This document shows positions 29,990-40,925 of a stretch of 64,000 nt of DNA, one piece after another. Every line of letters begins with the position of its first letter. Position 1 is the stretch's first letter. The DNA comes from Phycisphaeraceae bacterium (GTDB lineage: Bacteria > Planctomycetota > Phycisphaerae > Phycisphaerales > Phycisphaeraceae): positions 3,552,001 to 3,616,000 of the forward strand of contig OY771506.1 of assembly GCA_963674705.1 (NCBI GenBank). The letters run 5' to 3'. Both the position numbers and the translations under genes were made by a program. Under the pieces are notes generated by a model. It saw only the letters and a program-made list of their open reading frames with translations. It did not search any database and was not told the origin of the DNA.

Positions 29990-30637
29990 ATGAACAAAGA
30001 TAATCATCCCAAATCAACTAACACCGTTACTCAGATCAACACGAATGCGTCTTCGCAGAAAGCTCTGGACGGTTGGGCGACCGACGGTGGAACAATGAAA
30101 CGGATTAAGACAGCCGGTCGACCTTCTGGTACGACGCACACGATCAATCCCGCTGTTCTTAAATCACTAAACAAGCAGATCCAGCACGAGCAGTGCAACG
30201 CACACACCTATCAGGCCGTGTCTTTGTACTTCGGGAGCATCAATCTTCATGGGATTGCGGCATTTATGGAGCATCAGGCCGAAGAGGAAAGGCAACATGC
30301 GTGGAAGCTCATCCGGCATGCAGTTGACCGAAAGGCGCAGGTGGAGCTCGGGTCTATACCAGCTCCTGATGTGGACTACGCTTCACCCTTGGAAGCGGCT
30401 GTATCAGTTGCGGAACTTGAGCGAACCACGTCACAGATGATCAATCAACTATGTCAACTGGCCCGTGACGAGGGCGACTATGCCTTGGAGGTCCTGCTTC
30501 ATTGGTATATCACAGAGCAGGTTGAAGAGGAGAAGTGGTCACAGGAGTTGGTGGAACTTATTGAGAGACTTCAGGACAGGCCCGGTTCGCTATACATGTT
30601 AGACGACGTATGGGGCAAACGCCTCATAGAAAAATAA
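29990..30637 (+). CDS. ftn: non-heme ferritin with N-terminal extension
   Basis: LNKQIQHE, QAEEERQHA, WYITEQVEEE ferroxidase residues. Confidence 0.9.
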   Translation: MNKDNHPKSTNTVTQINTNASSQKALDGWATDGGTMKRIKTAGRPSGTTHTINPAVLKSLNKQIQHEQCNAHTYQAVSLYFGSINLHGIAAFMEHQAEEERQHAWKLIRHAVDRKAQVELGSIPAPDVDYASPLEAAVSVAELERTTSQMINQLCQLARDEGDYALEVLLHWYITEQVEEEKWSQELVELIERLQDRPGSLYMLDDVWGKRLIEK

Positions 30638-30692
30638 CACCCATACACGGTAATAACATGCACCTGGTTGGAGACCCGCCCGAGAACCAACA

Positions 30693-31316
30693 ATGATAAA
30701 GCGCCTAATATCTATATTCCTTCAGGGATTGATCGCCATCATGCCGCTGGCGGTCACTGTATTTATCATTCTGTGGATGGTATCAGCGGCGGAGCGGACC
30801 TTCAGCGTCGCCGTCAATTGGATTCTGCCTGATAGATGGTATACGCCCGGTATGGGTGTGGCTTGTGGTGTCGCCTTGGTTTTCGGGATCGGCCTGCTGG
30901 TCAATATCTGGGGCGTGCCGCGTCTAATCCACTTGGCCGAATCGTTCATTGCCCAGATACCGCTCGTAAAGACGATCTACGGGGCCGTGCGTGATCTGCT
31001 CGGATTCTTCAGTAAATCAGGCGGACTCGGTGACGGCAAGGTCGTTATGGTCTCGATCGGGAGCACGGATATGCGGGCTATCGGATTGCTGACACGAGAC
31101 GGTTTGGATGACCCACAGTTGGGCCTCCGTGGCAAAGGATATGTTGCCGTGTATCTCCCCATGAGCTACCAGATAGGCGGCTTCACCGTATTCGTGCCAC
31201 GCGAGCGTGTAGAGCTCTTGGACATGCGGATCGAGGATGCCTTGCGCTTTATTGTAACCGCGGGCGCAAAGAGTCCGACGTCGACCATGTCATCGAATAG
31301 CGCACCTGATGAGTGA
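30693..31316 (+). CDS. DUF502 domain membrane protein
   Basis: FLQGLIAIMPL; IPLVKTIY; VYLPMSYQIGGFT. Confidence 0.85.
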   Translation: MIKRLISIFLQGLIAIMPLAVTVFIILWMVSAAERTFSVAVNWILPDRWYTPGMGVACGVALVFGIGLLVNIWGVPRLIHLAESFIAQIPLVKTIYGAVRDLLGFFSKSGGLGDGKVVMVSIGSTDMRAIGLLTRDGLDDPQLGLRGKGYVAVYLPMSYQIGGFTVFVPRERVELLDMRIEDALRFIVTAGAKSPTSTMSSNSAPDE

Positions 31317-31734
31317 GGAAAGCAAAATGTCTTCCACATCACCGACAAGTTCGACTGCCGTCGTGGATATTCCGGATAAGTACGGTATCACACGACTCAA
31401 CAGAGCCACCTGGAGCAGGGATCCACGTGCAATAAAGTTCCTGCTGGCTAAGGGGGCCAATATCAATGGCCTGGGCTACCACGGGCACACCTTGCTCCAG
31501 AGCGCAGCTATCAGCGATGACTTGCCTTGGGCCCGATTGCTTCTGGATTACGGTGCAGATCCAGATGTTTTAGATCCGGGCAACGGACTGTCTGCATTGA
31601 ATTATGCAATACAAGCCGGACACAAGGAGATTGTTGAACTACTGCTTGCCCATGGCGCTAAACGAGGGCGATCGGTGCCGCACGATCAACCATTGCCAGC
31701 AGTTGATTCCCAGACACAAAGATTATCTGAATGA
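31309..31734 (+). CDS. ankyrin repeat protein
   Basis: LLAKGANIN, LLDYGADPD, GHKEIVELLLAHGA. Confidence 0.85.
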   Translation: MSEESKMSSTSPTSSTAVVDIPDKYGITRLNRATWSRDPRAIKFLLAKGANINGLGYHGHTLLQSAAISDDLPWARLLLDYGADPDVLDPGNGLSALNYAIQAGHKEIVELLLAHGAKRGRSVPHDQPLPAVDSQTQRLSE

Positions 31735-31991
31735 GCAGTCACAATCATGACTTCCAAACCCGAGCGAGAGAGATGCCTTCGTTGGTTCACTATCTTGCTG
31801 AACATCAACAGAGCATTACCGGGCCCAGGACCTTGGCCCGGACGTTTACCGATTATCGGCGACTTCTGATATCCGGAGCGGTCAAATTGGTCAGATATGA
31901 ACATGAGCAAATCCTAAGTATGAACCCAGACAAAGTGAACTGGATCGACGCCTATGAATGGTGGAAGAGTAGTTCTGAAACAATGTCTTGA
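31731..31991 (+). CDS. hypothetical protein
   Basis: ATGA overlap with the upstream stop. Confidence 0.45.
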   Translation: MSSHNHDFQTRAREMPSLVHYLAEHQQSITGPRTLARTFTDYRRLLISGAVKLVRYEHEQILSMNPDKVNWIDAYEWWKSSSETMS

Positions 31992-32066
31992 CGACATACG
32001 AGATAGGCCCGCCTCAGTATTTGGGGTGATGCCGTTTGAATCACAGAGAGGTGGTGAGCATAAGCT

Positions 32067-33491
32067 ATGCGCTTATTCCTAATCAATCCATCCAACCCGT
32101 TGGTGAGCTTGGCTCAACGCAGTCGTTGGCGGAAGTACCGTGTATGGAAGCCGCTGGGGCTTATGGTGATCGCAGCTCTGACGCCTGAAGCGGAATGGGA
32201 TGTGACAATCATAGACGAGAATCTCGGTATGCCGGACTATGCAAATCTACCCCGGCCCGACCTTGTTGGCATCACCGCATTTACCTCGCAGGCACCTCGG
32301 GCTTATCAGATCGCGGCCATATTCCATAACTTGGATGTACCCGTCATCATGGGCGGCATCCACGCATCGATGTGTACCGATGAGGCGCTCGAGTATGTGG
32401 ACTCGGTTGTACAAGGTGAGGCAGAATCTATCTGGCCGTCGGTGCTCGTCGATGCCCAACACGGCATGCTGAAACGGCATTATGTTGGCGAGTCGGCCGA
32501 TCTGGCATCCGTACCACCGGCTCGCCATGACCTGTTGACGCATGGCTACGCATTCGGCTCCATCCAAACCACGCGCGGCTGTCCTTTGAATTGTCACTTC
32601 TGCAGTGTGTCCGCTTTCAATGGACATCGTTATCGCCATCGCCCAATAGGTGATGTGGTTGATGAGCTTGCGATGATACCAGAACGTATGGTTCTGGTAG
32701 TGGATGATAACTTGATCGGTACACGCGATGAGCACATCGTGCGTGCCAAGAAGCTATTCCGTGCAATAATCGACGCCGGTATAAAGAAGAAGTGGATATG
32801 CCAGGCCACTATCAACCTTGCTGACGATGAGGAATTGCTCCAATTGGCAAAACGTGCGGGCTGTATCGGTGTGTTTATCGGCTTCGAAACAACCTCAGAC
32901 GAGGGGCTGGTTGAATTGGGTAAACGCTACAACATCCTCAAGGGTGGCGATCTGCGAGCCAGTGTCAAGCGCATCCACCGTTACGGCATTTCGATCGTGG
33001 GGTCCTTCATCATGGGGCTGGACAGTGACCGCGTAGGCGTCGGCCGATGTATCGCCGAGACCGCCAACCACTACGGTGTAGATTTACTCAACCCCGTATA
33101 CATGACTCCGTTGCCCGGAACGCGCCTCTGGGAGAGTATGAATAACCAGCAGCGCATCGCCGCAAACCGATTCCCGGAGGAATGGAGATATTATACTCTT
33201 AGCTTTCCTGTTGCGCGGCATCATAACTTATCATGGGAGGAACTTATAAACGAAATGAATGACTGCTGCCGAAAGTTCTACTCACCCAAGGCAATTTTGC
33301 GACGGATGGTCGCTAGCATATCACACTGGAGAAACCCGCTAACTATGTTTGTGGCAAACTTGTCTTACCGGCGGAATTGGCGTTCTGATTGCCAAGCGAT
33401 GTGCAATACTGACTTAAGCCGCGGGTTTAAATGGAATGGTAGTGCGGTCCAAACCCTTTTCGAGTGTCAAATATCTATATTGTTGGCATAA
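32067..33491 (+). CDS. B12-binding radical SAM protein
   Basis: KPLGLMVIAAL; GGIHAS; TRGCPLNCHFC; VDDN; TPLPGT. Confidence 0.88.
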   Translation: MRLFLINPSNPLVSLAQRSRWRKYRVWKPLGLMVIAALTPEAEWDVTIIDENLGMPDYANLPRPDLVGITAFTSQAPRAYQIAAIFHNLDVPVIMGGIHASMCTDEALEYVDSVVQGEAESIWPSVLVDAQHGMLKRHYVGESADLASVPPARHDLLTHGYAFGSIQTTRGCPLNCHFCSVSAFNGHRYRHRPIGDVVDELAMIPERMVLVVDDNLIGTRDEHIVRAKKLFRAIIDAGIKKKWICQATINLADDEELLQLAKRAGCIGVFIGFETTSDEGLVELGKRYNILKGGDLRASVKRIHRYGISIVGSFIMGLDSDRVGVGRCIAETANHYGVDLLNPVYMTPLPGTRLWESMNNQQRIAANRFPEEWRYYTLSFPVARHHNLSWEELINEMNDCCRKFYSPKAILRRMVASISHWRNPLTMFVANLSYRRNWRSDCQAMCNTDLSRGFKWNGSAVQTLFECQISILLA

Positions 33492-33577
33492 CCTTTGTGA
33501 GGTCAAAGGGGAGTGACTTGCCTGGCAAACAATTCTGCGACTACTTTATATATGCTCTCTGAGACTTATTTTATCCG

Positions 33578-33900
33578 ATATCGACCCGGGATGCCTGGTT
33601 TTACTTGCTTTCCTAATTTAACGGTCTATGGTGTAGGCAGTGTTGGAGCCAACGCAATGCTAGATCGGCTCCGGTACCGGATGACTGGATAAAGGGCAGG
33701 CCGCTCAGGCGGCAGGCCCGTTAACAAGTAAGCCGATGTGGTTCACCACCTTAAGGTGCGGAACCACATCGGCTTTTTTTGTCGATTTTCCTGACCGTTC
33801 AGGTGCCCACCAAGAAACAACACTCTTAGGCGGGCGGTGTAAACCACGTTCGAACACTTTAAGGAATAGACCATGACCACGCAGAGCACATCGAATATCA
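33578..33900 (+). repeat. second copy of the ~324-bp promoter-leader-start cassette
   Basis: Matches 19546-19869. Confidence 0.9.
33639..33780 (+). ncRNA. structured leader/attenuator RNA, copy 3
   Basis: Promoter TTGCTT(33605)-N16-TATGGT; same helices; terminator followed by T7. Confidence 0.8.
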
Positions 33901-34430
33901 ATCTATTCTCAATGTCTCCGATAGCTCATGGTGCGAAGTATGCCGTCGTCAAGGCGGTCAGTGAAAACAGATGCACGTCCGATCGCGTTGAAGATCTCTG
34001 CGTCGATTTGCTCGTGAGTTGCTCCGCTGAATCGGCAGAAGCACAACGGCTGACGCGGGTGATAGAAGAACTGATCAGCGGGGCGATGTCCGGAGCCGGC
34101 TCATACAACCACACGGTGGTTTATGGCGCGGTTCGTGGGTCGATCCGGGGCGCTTGTGAGATCGGCCTCGACCCGGTATCCGCCGCGATAGTAGCAGTTG
34201 AGACCGCAGCGACCGCATGGACCGACGAAGGCAATCCCCTGTTGATCGAGGCTGCTGTAAGAGCGGCGATGTCTGCCGCGAAACAGATCGGTCCACCTGT
34301 TCAGGAGGATCTACATCAGTGGCTCAGCGAGCGCATACCACTGGCCGCCTGTTGTTTGAACCTAGCCAGCCCGGGGACTGGCTCTGAGGTAGAGCTAAAT
34401 AGCGAAAACCCCGTAATCCAAGGAGACTAG
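33873..34430 (+). CDS. hypothetical Ala-rich helical protein
   Basis: RBS AAGGA; first gene of the chaperone operon. Confidence 0.65.
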   Translation: MTTQSTSNINLFSMSPIAHGAKYAVVKAVSENRCTSDRVEDLCVDLLVSCSAESAEAQRLTRVIEELISGAMSGAGSYNHTVVYGAVRGSIRGACEIGLDPVSAAIVAVETAATAWTDEGNPLLIEAAVRAAMSAAKQIGPPVQEDLHQWLSERIPLAACCLNLASPGTGSEVELNSENPVIQGD

Positions 34431-34432
34431 AA

Positions 34433-34873
34433 ATGCTTCCCACGTTACTGACCAAACGACCCTATTTTAACGATCCAACCGACTTCCTCCGCCATGAAAT
34501 AGGACGGTTCTTCGGGCCGGTCGTCAGTGAGGGGGGCGAGGCCCGTCCCGACCTGGTTGGCGCCTACCCCGTCGATATCCGTGAGATGGACGACGTGATC
34601 GTTGTAGAGGCCGAGGTGCCCGGCTTCGATAAGAATGAGATCCAGGTCAGCCTCGAACGCGGCATGCTTACCATCACGGGCGAGCGCAAGGCCGAGGAGT
34701 CCAAAGGCGAGAAATACCTGACCGAAAGGCGTTACCTGCGTGTTCAACGACGCTTCCAACTCCCCGCGACCGTCTATGAGTCAAAAGTGGATGCGACGTT
34801 GAAGAACGGCGTACTGACGCTCGTGCTTCAGAAGACGACCGAGGCTAAGCCCAAACTCATCGCGATCAAGTGA
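34433..34873 (+). CDS. Hsp20/alpha-crystallin small heat shock protein
   Basis: YPVDIRE, EVPG, LTITGER, ATLKNGVLTL. Confidence 0.92.
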   Translation: MLPTLLTKRPYFNDPTDFLRHEIGRFFGPVVSEGGEARPDLVGAYPVDIREMDDVIVVEAEVPGFDKNEIQVSLERGMLTITGERKAEESKGEKYLTERRYLRVQRRFQLPATVYESKVDATLKNGVLTLVLQKTTEAKPKLIAIK

Positions 34874-34944
34874 GTACATGAGGGGGACCCGCCGTGGGGC
34901 CGTGGGACGCCGCCGCCTCATGCCTTATCCACGGAGGGCGAACT

Positions 34945-35250
34945 ATGAAAACGAAACTGCGTCCACTCGGCGACCGCTTACTCATCCAACGGTTGGAGAC
35001 CGAATCGACCACCAAATCCGGCATCGTGCTACCTGACAGCGCCAAAGAGAAGCCGCAGCAAGCCAAGGTCATCAGTGTCGGATCGGGCAGGCTGTTGGAC
35101 GACGGCAAACGGGCACCCATGAGCGTTAAGAAGGGCGACACGATCATCCTCAGTAAATGGGGTGGCACGGAAATCAAACTCGACGGCGAGGACTGTGTCA
35201 TCATTAAGGAAGACGACGTTTTAGCGGTCGTTGTAGGACGGCTGTTGTGA
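34945..35250 (+). CDS. groES: co-chaperonin GroES
   Basis: LRPLGDRLLI, SGIVLPDSAKEKPQ. Confidence 0.95.
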   Translation: MKTKLRPLGDRLLIQRLETESTTKSGIVLPDSAKEKPQQAKVISVGSGRLLDDGKRAPMSVKKGDTIILSKWGGTEIKLDGEDCVIIKEDDVLAVVVGRLL

Positions 35251-35291
35251 TCAGGGCATCTACCCGCAATTAACAATCAAGGCGACTATCC

Positions 35292-36932
35292 ATGACCGCG
35301 AAGACCATCACATTCGACCAGGACGCCCGCGAATCGATACGCCGCGGCGTCGCCAAACTCGCTCGAGCCGTCAAGACCACCCTAGGCCCGTCGGGCAGGG
35401 TTGTGGTGCTCCAGAAGAAATGGGGGCCACCCACGATCACCAAGGACGGAGTTACTGTCGCCAGCGAGATCGAAATCGAAGACCCGATCGAGAACATCGG
35501 CGCACAGATGGTCAAGGAGGTCGCGTTAAAATCGTCCAAAGACGCCGGGGATGGTACGACGACGGCGACCATCTATGCAGAGGCGATCTTCAGCGAGGGC
35601 CTCAAGAACATAGCTGCCGGCGGACATCCGTATGAGATCCAGCGAGGGATCCATAAGGCGGTACAGGCCATCGTGGACGAGCTAAAGCGGATGTCCAAGC
35701 CTACGAAGTCTACGATCGAGATCGCGCAAGTCGGTACCTGCGCGGCTAACCAGGATGAGGAAATCGGTCGCATCATCGCTGAGGCGATGGAGAAGGTCGG
35801 CAAGGACGGTGTAATGACAGTCGAGGAAGGCAAGACCCTCCAGACCGAGGTCGAGTTCTTTGAAGGATTACAGATCGAGAAGGGGTATCTGTCACCGCAC
35901 TTCGTGACCAACCAGTCTGATATGGAGTGTGTGTTGGAAGACGCGTATGTCTTCATCCACGAGAAGAAACTTGATTCGGCAGCTAAGCTGGTGCCGCTTC
36001 TTGGTAAAATCGCCGAGTCTGGTAAGTCACTGCTCATTGTCGCTGAGGATATCACAAGTGATGTGCTTGCCACGCTTGTAGTAAACCGATTACGAGGCGT
36101 GCTTAAGTGCTGCGCCGTGAAGGCCCCCGGCTTTGGCGATCGTCGCAAGGCCATGCTTGAAGACATCGCCACAATTACCGACGGTAGGACTGTTGTGGAA
36201 GAACTTGGCCTCGACATCGAAAAGCTAACCCTGTCCGATCTTGGCCGAGCCAAAAAAATAGTGATAGATAAGGACACGACGACAATCATCGAAGGCGCAG
36301 GCAAGAAGGAGGCAATCCGGGGGCGCATCGAAGCGATCAGGCGCCAGATCACCTCGACAACAAGCGACTACGACCGCGAGAAGCTCCAAGAGCGCCTGGC
36401 TAAGCTGGCTGGTGGCGTGGCACAGATCAATGTTGGAGCGGCAACCGAATCAGCGATGAAGGAGAAGAAGGCGCGGGTCGAAGACGCGGTCCATGCCTGC
36501 CGGGCGGCGGTCGAAGAGGGCATCCTGCCTGGCGGTGGCGTCGCTCCTCTCCGAGCGCGACGGGTGCTTGATGAGGTCAAGAAGACCTGCCATGGCGACG
36601 AGCATGTAGGCGTCGATATCCTGCGACGCGCCGTCACCGCACCCATCAAGCAGATCGCCATCAACGCCGGCTACGACGGCTCCGTTGTCGCTGACGTGGT
36701 TGAGAAGTCGCTCAAACCCAACTACGGCTTCAACGCCGTGACCGAGCAGTACGGCGACATGGTAGAGATGGGCGTGTTGGTTCCGACTAAGGTCGAGCGT
36801 ATCGCTCTCCAGAACGCCGCATCTATCGCGGGCCTGCTGCTCACGACCGCGGTCGTTGTTTCTGAAATCAAGGCAACGAAGAAAAGCAAGAAGCATGCTT
36901 ACGCTGGTGAAGACGATGAAATTAGCTATTGA
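35292..36932 (+). CDS. groEL: chaperonin GroEL
   Basis: [44 protein letters not shown]. Confidence 0.97.
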   Translation: MTAKTITFDQDARESIRRGVAKLARAVKTTLGPSGRVVVLQKKWGPPTITKDGVTVASEIEIEDPIENIGAQMVKEVALKSSKDAGDGTTTATIYAEAIFSEGLKNIAAGGHPYEIQRGIHKAVQAIVDELKRMSKPTKSTIEIAQVGTCAANQDEEIGRIIAEAMEKVGKDGVMTVEEGKTLQTEVEFFEGLQIEKGYLSPHFVTNQSDMECVLEDAYVFIHEKKLDSAAKLVPLLGKIAESGKSLLIVAEDITSDVLATLVVNRLRGVLKCCAVKAPGFGDRRKAMLEDIATITDGRTVVEELGLDIEKLTLSDLGRAKKIVIDKDTTTIIEGAGKKEAIRGRIEAIRRQITSTTSDYDREKLQERLAKLAGGVAQINVGAATESAMKEKKARVEDAVHACRAAVEEGILPGGGVAPLRARRVLDEVKKTCHGDEHVGVDILRRAVTAPIKQIAINAGYDGSVVADVVEKSLKPNYGFNAVTEQYGDMVEMGVLVPTKVERIALQNAASIAGLLLTTAVVVSEIKATKKSKKHAYAGEDDEISY

Positions 36933-36979
36933 CTCACACCCCCGGGGGTTAAAATCTTGGGATATGCACAATAGGAGGA

Positions 36980-37219
36980 TTGATGATGTCAAATGAAGCA
37001 GTATGCGCACGTGAAACGATCCATCGACGGATCGCAACCCGTGCTTACGAGTTATACGTACAGGAGGACTACCCGCTCGGAAAAACTCTGGACCATTGGC
37101 TTGCAGCGGAAGCAGAGATGCGTAAGCGCGGCGTGAGGGACGAGGCCTCATCGCCAAAGGCCTCCGCCACAATCAAGAAACCCCGCCGGTCGACCAGGCC
37201 CAGAGTTATCCCTAACTAA
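36980..37219 (+). CDS. DUF2934 domain protein
   Basis: RIATRAYELY...DHWLAAEAE. Confidence 0.8.
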   Translation: MMMSNEAVCARETIHRRIATRAYELYVQEDYPLGKTLDHWLAAEAEMRKRGVRDEASSPKASATIKKPRRSTRPRVIPN

Positions 37220-37344
37220 CCCTCCCGCGAAAGGATAAAGATGTTACTCGCCACGCGCCTCAATCGTCACGTTGGCGGAGGACGATGGCGATACACCGTG
37301 GGCTTCGTGTGTAATGTAGACTGGCAACTGCTGGATGGGAATAT

Positions 37345-38586
37345 ATGAGACACAAACGAGATTCCGATAGAGTGCGCGTGTTGTTCCTCAGTGATCACTT
37401 CGGCTATGCCGGTGGCGTCATCCACGGCGCAACCCGGTACTTTTTGGCCGTTCTGCCACGCCTCCGATCTCACGGCATTGATCTAACCATCGCGTTTCTG
37501 CGTGGCGACCATCCCGCATCGGCCCAGTTGAGGGAACTCGGGCTTGAGCCGCATTTCTTTGGACGCGCCAAGTGGAGCCTCATGCCGATTCTTGACGTGT
37601 TGAGGACTATCCGACGTGACAAGATTCAGTTGATTCATGCCTCTGGCATGAAAGGGATCCTTACCGCACGGATCGCTGGAATGATCGCAAGCGTCCCGGT
37701 CATCTCACACCTTCACGATCAGATGCCATTCTCCGCCGCATTGGCCAAGCTGATCCGGTGGACCGCGGGCTGGTCCACTCATACGCTTGCGGTTTCGCGA
37801 GAGGTAGCGTTGTTTGCTGACAAAAGCCTGCGGATCGATCCCAGTCGTACCGAGGTGTTAACCAATGGTTTGGCAGCAGACGAGATCAGAAAGACACCCG
37901 TTGAAGCCGGTCTGAAGTTTCGGGAACAGGTCGGGGTTTCACCGGACATGAAGCTGATCGGTGTTGTAGGCCGGCTGATCCCGGTCAAGGGCCACGAGAT
38001 TTTGTTGCGTGCGATGCCGGCGATTTTGGAGAAAGAGCCCTCGGCCAGGCTGCTAATCATTGGTGACGGGCCCGAAAGAAGTCAATTAGAATCTCGGGTG
38101 TGCGAGTTGGGTCTCAGCGGCTACGTGTTTTTCACCGGCAATGTTACTGATGTGTACGCGGCCCTACGGGCTCTAGATGTCTGTGCAATCCCTTCTCTTA
38201 ACGAGGGTCTGCCCTATTCGTTGCTGGAGGCGCTGGCGATTGGCAAGCCGGTGGTCGCCTCAGCCGTCGGCGGGCTAGCGGAGGCCCTACGCCACTGCGA
38301 GAACGGCGTGCTGGTCAGACCCAATGACGCACAGGCGCTGGCCCAAGCCTTGCACTCTGTGCTGACCGATCCCCTGTTGGCGGAGACTATTGTTCATGGT
38401 GGAAGTGAAACCATCCGGGCGTTTGACATAACAAGCCACATCGACCGCCTAATCATAATCTATGGGGCATTGGCGGCGGGTGAATCTGTCCCGCCACGTT
38501 CCCAAGACGCGATGATACAGTCACGCCAATCGGTTACGTCTAGCATACAACCGACCCATAACTTGGGTAGGTTGCTAAGTAAGTAG
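37345..38586 (+). CDS. glycosyltransferase family 4
   Basis: VGRLIPVKGH; PSLNEGLPYSLLEALAIGKPVV. Confidence 0.9.
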   Translation: MRHKRDSDRVRVLFLSDHFGYAGGVIHGATRYFLAVLPRLRSHGIDLTIAFLRGDHPASAQLRELGLEPHFFGRAKWSLMPILDVLRTIRRDKIQLIHASGMKGILTARIAGMIASVPVISHLHDQMPFSAALAKLIRWTAGWSTHTLAVSREVALFADKSLRIDPSRTEVLTNGLAADEIRKTPVEAGLKFREQVGVSPDMKLIGVVGRLIPVKGHEILLRAMPAILEKEPSARLLIIGDGPERSQLESRVCELGLSGYVFFTGNVTDVYAALRALDVCAIPSLNEGLPYSLLEALAIGKPVVASAVGGLAEALRHCENGVLVRPNDAQALAQALHSVLTDPLLAETIVHGGSETIRAFDITSHIDRLIIIYGALAAGESVPPRSQDAMIQSRQSVTSSIQPTHNLGRLLSK

Positions 38587-38595
38587 AGAAAACTC

Positions 38596-39360
38596 TTGTT
38601 AATCAGCGAAGATGCGCCCGACATCGAGACCTCGAGTAAAAAATACGCAGGACGCTTCGAGGGCCCGGTCGGGAAGTGGATGCTCCACATGCAGTGGAAC
38701 GCTGTCAATTGGCTGATTTATGGGACCCCCGGCAAGAGGGTGCTAGAGATCGGCGGTGGCCACGCCCAGATCACAGGCTCCCTCCTCGATCATGGCTACA
38801 ACGTCACCGTCCTCGGCAGCAACGCCGACTGCGGACGCCTTATCGAGCCGCTCATCGAACCCGGCCACTGCGACTTCGTCGTCGGCGACTTGTTGAGTCT
38901 CCCGTTTGCTGACAGCTCGTTCGACACCGCCGTCGCGCTTCGCTTGATGGCTCACATGAAATTCTGGCAACGCTTCCTACACGAAGCAACACGCGTCGCA
39001 AGACATACCGTTATCATCGATTACCCCTCATTGTTCAGCATCAACCTGACGCAAAAGCTGCTCTTCAACGTTAAAAAGGCGATCGAGCATAATACGCGGC
39101 CTTATCAGTGTTTTACGACACAGACCATCGAAGACACTTGTCAGACCTATGGCTTCAAACACGACGGCCAGGTAAAGCAGTTCTTTATGCCCATGGTACT
39201 ACATCGCATCATGCGTATTCCCTGGCTATCCAACGTTGCGGAAAACGCATGCAGGAAGCTTGGACTCACGAAATCGCTGGGCTCACCGGCCGTCCTCAGG
39301 CTTTCATGTGTGCGCAAGTCGTCCGCCAACAACATCAGACTACAAGATACAGCAGCGTGA
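38596..39360 (+). CDS. class I SAM-dependent methyltransferase
   Basis: VLEIGGGHA; LPFADSSFD. Confidence 0.8.
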   Translation: MLISEDAPDIETSSKKYAGRFEGPVGKWMLHMQWNAVNWLIYGTPGKRVLEIGGGHAQITGSLLDHGYNVTVLGSNADCGRLIEPLIEPGHCDFVVGDLLSLPFADSSFDTAVALRLMAHMKFWQRFLHEATRVARHTVIIDYPSLFSINLTQKLLFNVKKAIEHNTRPYQCFTTQTIEDTCQTYGFKHDGQVKQFFMPMVLHRIMRIPWLSNVAENACRKLGLTKSLGSPAVLRLSCVRKSSANNIRLQDTAA

Positions 39361-39410
39361 ATCAGACACCCCGGTGTCCCGCAACATCTAGGCAAGTAGA
39401 GAGCACCGAT

Positions 39411-40880
39411 ATGCCAACAGTAGCTCTTCAGATTGAGCGACATACGGAGACGCTAAATCCGGATGACCGACGCGTCATCACTCGTTACATGAACTTTGCT
39501 GACGCAAAGCGGATCAGGTCTATCACGCGCCGGTTGGAGCGGCTTGATGCCACAACGGTCGACCTGATCTGGGCAAGCGTAATCGAGAAGTTCACCTCAC
39601 GGCACCGTGACATTGTGGGCGTGTTTGCAAGCCACTATAGAACGGTCGCCCGCTATCTCCGTGAGGCATCGTCGTTGTCCGAACATCACCGCGGATTGAT
39701 CGGAGCGTATTTTACCTGCGAATATTCCTTTGAATCGGCGGCGCTGTTCAATCCTTCGATGGTGCCACACCCAGACCAGAGCGGCCTGGCGGCCGGCGAG
39801 GTCCGCGTATTGATCAGCCTGCGAGCCACAGGTGAGGGGCACCTCTCATCCATCGTTTTCCGACGCGGTATCATTGACAATAACGGCAAGCTTAACTTCG
39901 ATCCACCACCCCGGTACGCCTACTCGGCACGACCGGAGGCCGGCACTCGTATCGATCGCAACGAGTTCTTCCGTGAGTTGATCGATGCCGATGTGTATCG
40001 GGAGTTGGCCCAGCCCATCCTGGATATATTGCCGGACCCATTTACACTGGAAGACCTGGTGGGAGCGATCGACGAACACCAGCGACAACGCAGCACGCCG
40101 CGTGCCTTTCGCCGTGTCGCCAAGGAGATGCTCTGGCATGCCCGGACCGAGTACGAGCTGCGATTCCCAGAGGACTGCCGCCCATCGGAGATCGTTATCT
40201 TCCCAGCTACGAAGAGCGAATCTCACGGGATGGAGGATCTGCGGTTGGTACGGTTTAGCGACGACGAAGGTGGAGTCCATTATTACGGCACCTACACTGC
40301 CTTCGACGGCACGCGCATCACGCCGATGCTCTTACAGACTTCCGATTTCCATAACTTCTGGGTGAGTACTTTCCGTGGCAAGTACGCCAGGAACAAGGGC
40401 ATGGCCCTATTCCCCAAACGAATCCACGGCTGGTACATGATGGTGGGCCGTCACGATGGAGAAAGCCTCTACCTGCTGCGTTCGGAGAACCTACGGGATT
40501 GGGACGATGGAGAGAAGCTCTACGAGCCCACTGAACCGTGGGAACTGACCCAGATCGGCAATTGTGGCTCACCGATTGAAACCGACGACGGCTGGCTCTT
40601 GCTCACGCATGGTGTCGGCCCGGTGCGCGAATACAGTATCGGCGCTATGCTGCTCGACCGAATGAATCCTGCAAGAATCCTGGGACGACTCCGTGAGCCA
40701 CTATTGGTTCCGACTGCGGAAGAACGTGAAGGCTACGTACCCAATGTCGTCTATTCCTGTGGGGCATTGATCCATCGGGACCGATTGATTATTCCTTATG
40801 CGACGTCAGATTCATCAACACGGTTCGCGTCAATATTGGCACCGGATCTAATCAAGCGGCTCAAGGATGAGGGACCGTGA
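39411..40880 (+). CDS. glycoside hydrolase family 130 (PH1107-like glycosidase/phosphorylase)
   Basis: EYSFESAALFNPS; GMEDLR; NKGMALFP; GNCGSP; GYVPNVVYSCG. Confidence 0.88.
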   Translation: MPTVALQIERHTETLNPDDRRVITRYMNFADAKRIRSITRRLERLDATTVDLIWASVIEKFTSRHRDIVGVFASHYRTVARYLREASSLSEHHRGLIGAYFTCEYSFESAALFNPSMVPHPDQSGLAAGEVRVLISLRATGEGHLSSIVFRRGIIDNNGKLNFDPPPRYAYSARPEAGTRIDRNEFFRELIDADVYRELAQPILDILPDPFTLEDLVGAIDEHQRQRSTPRAFRRVAKEMLWHARTEYELRFPEDCRPSEIVIFPATKSESHGMEDLRLVRFSDDEGGVHYYGTYTAFDGTRITPMLLQTSDFHNFWVSTFRGKYARNKGMALFPKRIHGWYMMVGRHDGESLYLLRSENLRDWDDGEKLYEPTEPWELTQIGNCGSPIETDDGWLLLTHGVGPVREYSIGAMLLDRMNPARILGRLREPLLVPTAEEREGYVPNVVYSCGALIHRDRLIIPYATSDSSTRFASILAPDLIKRLKDEGP

Positions 40881-40925
40881 ACCCGAGACCCGTCGCTACA
40901 CTCCGAGCGCAGCGTGTGGACCGCT

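Noticed and set aside
39108..39410. N-terminal 101 aa of the 590-aa GH130 ORF
   Set aside because: It overlaps the methyltransferase gene; the GH130-like sequence starts at ATG 39411.
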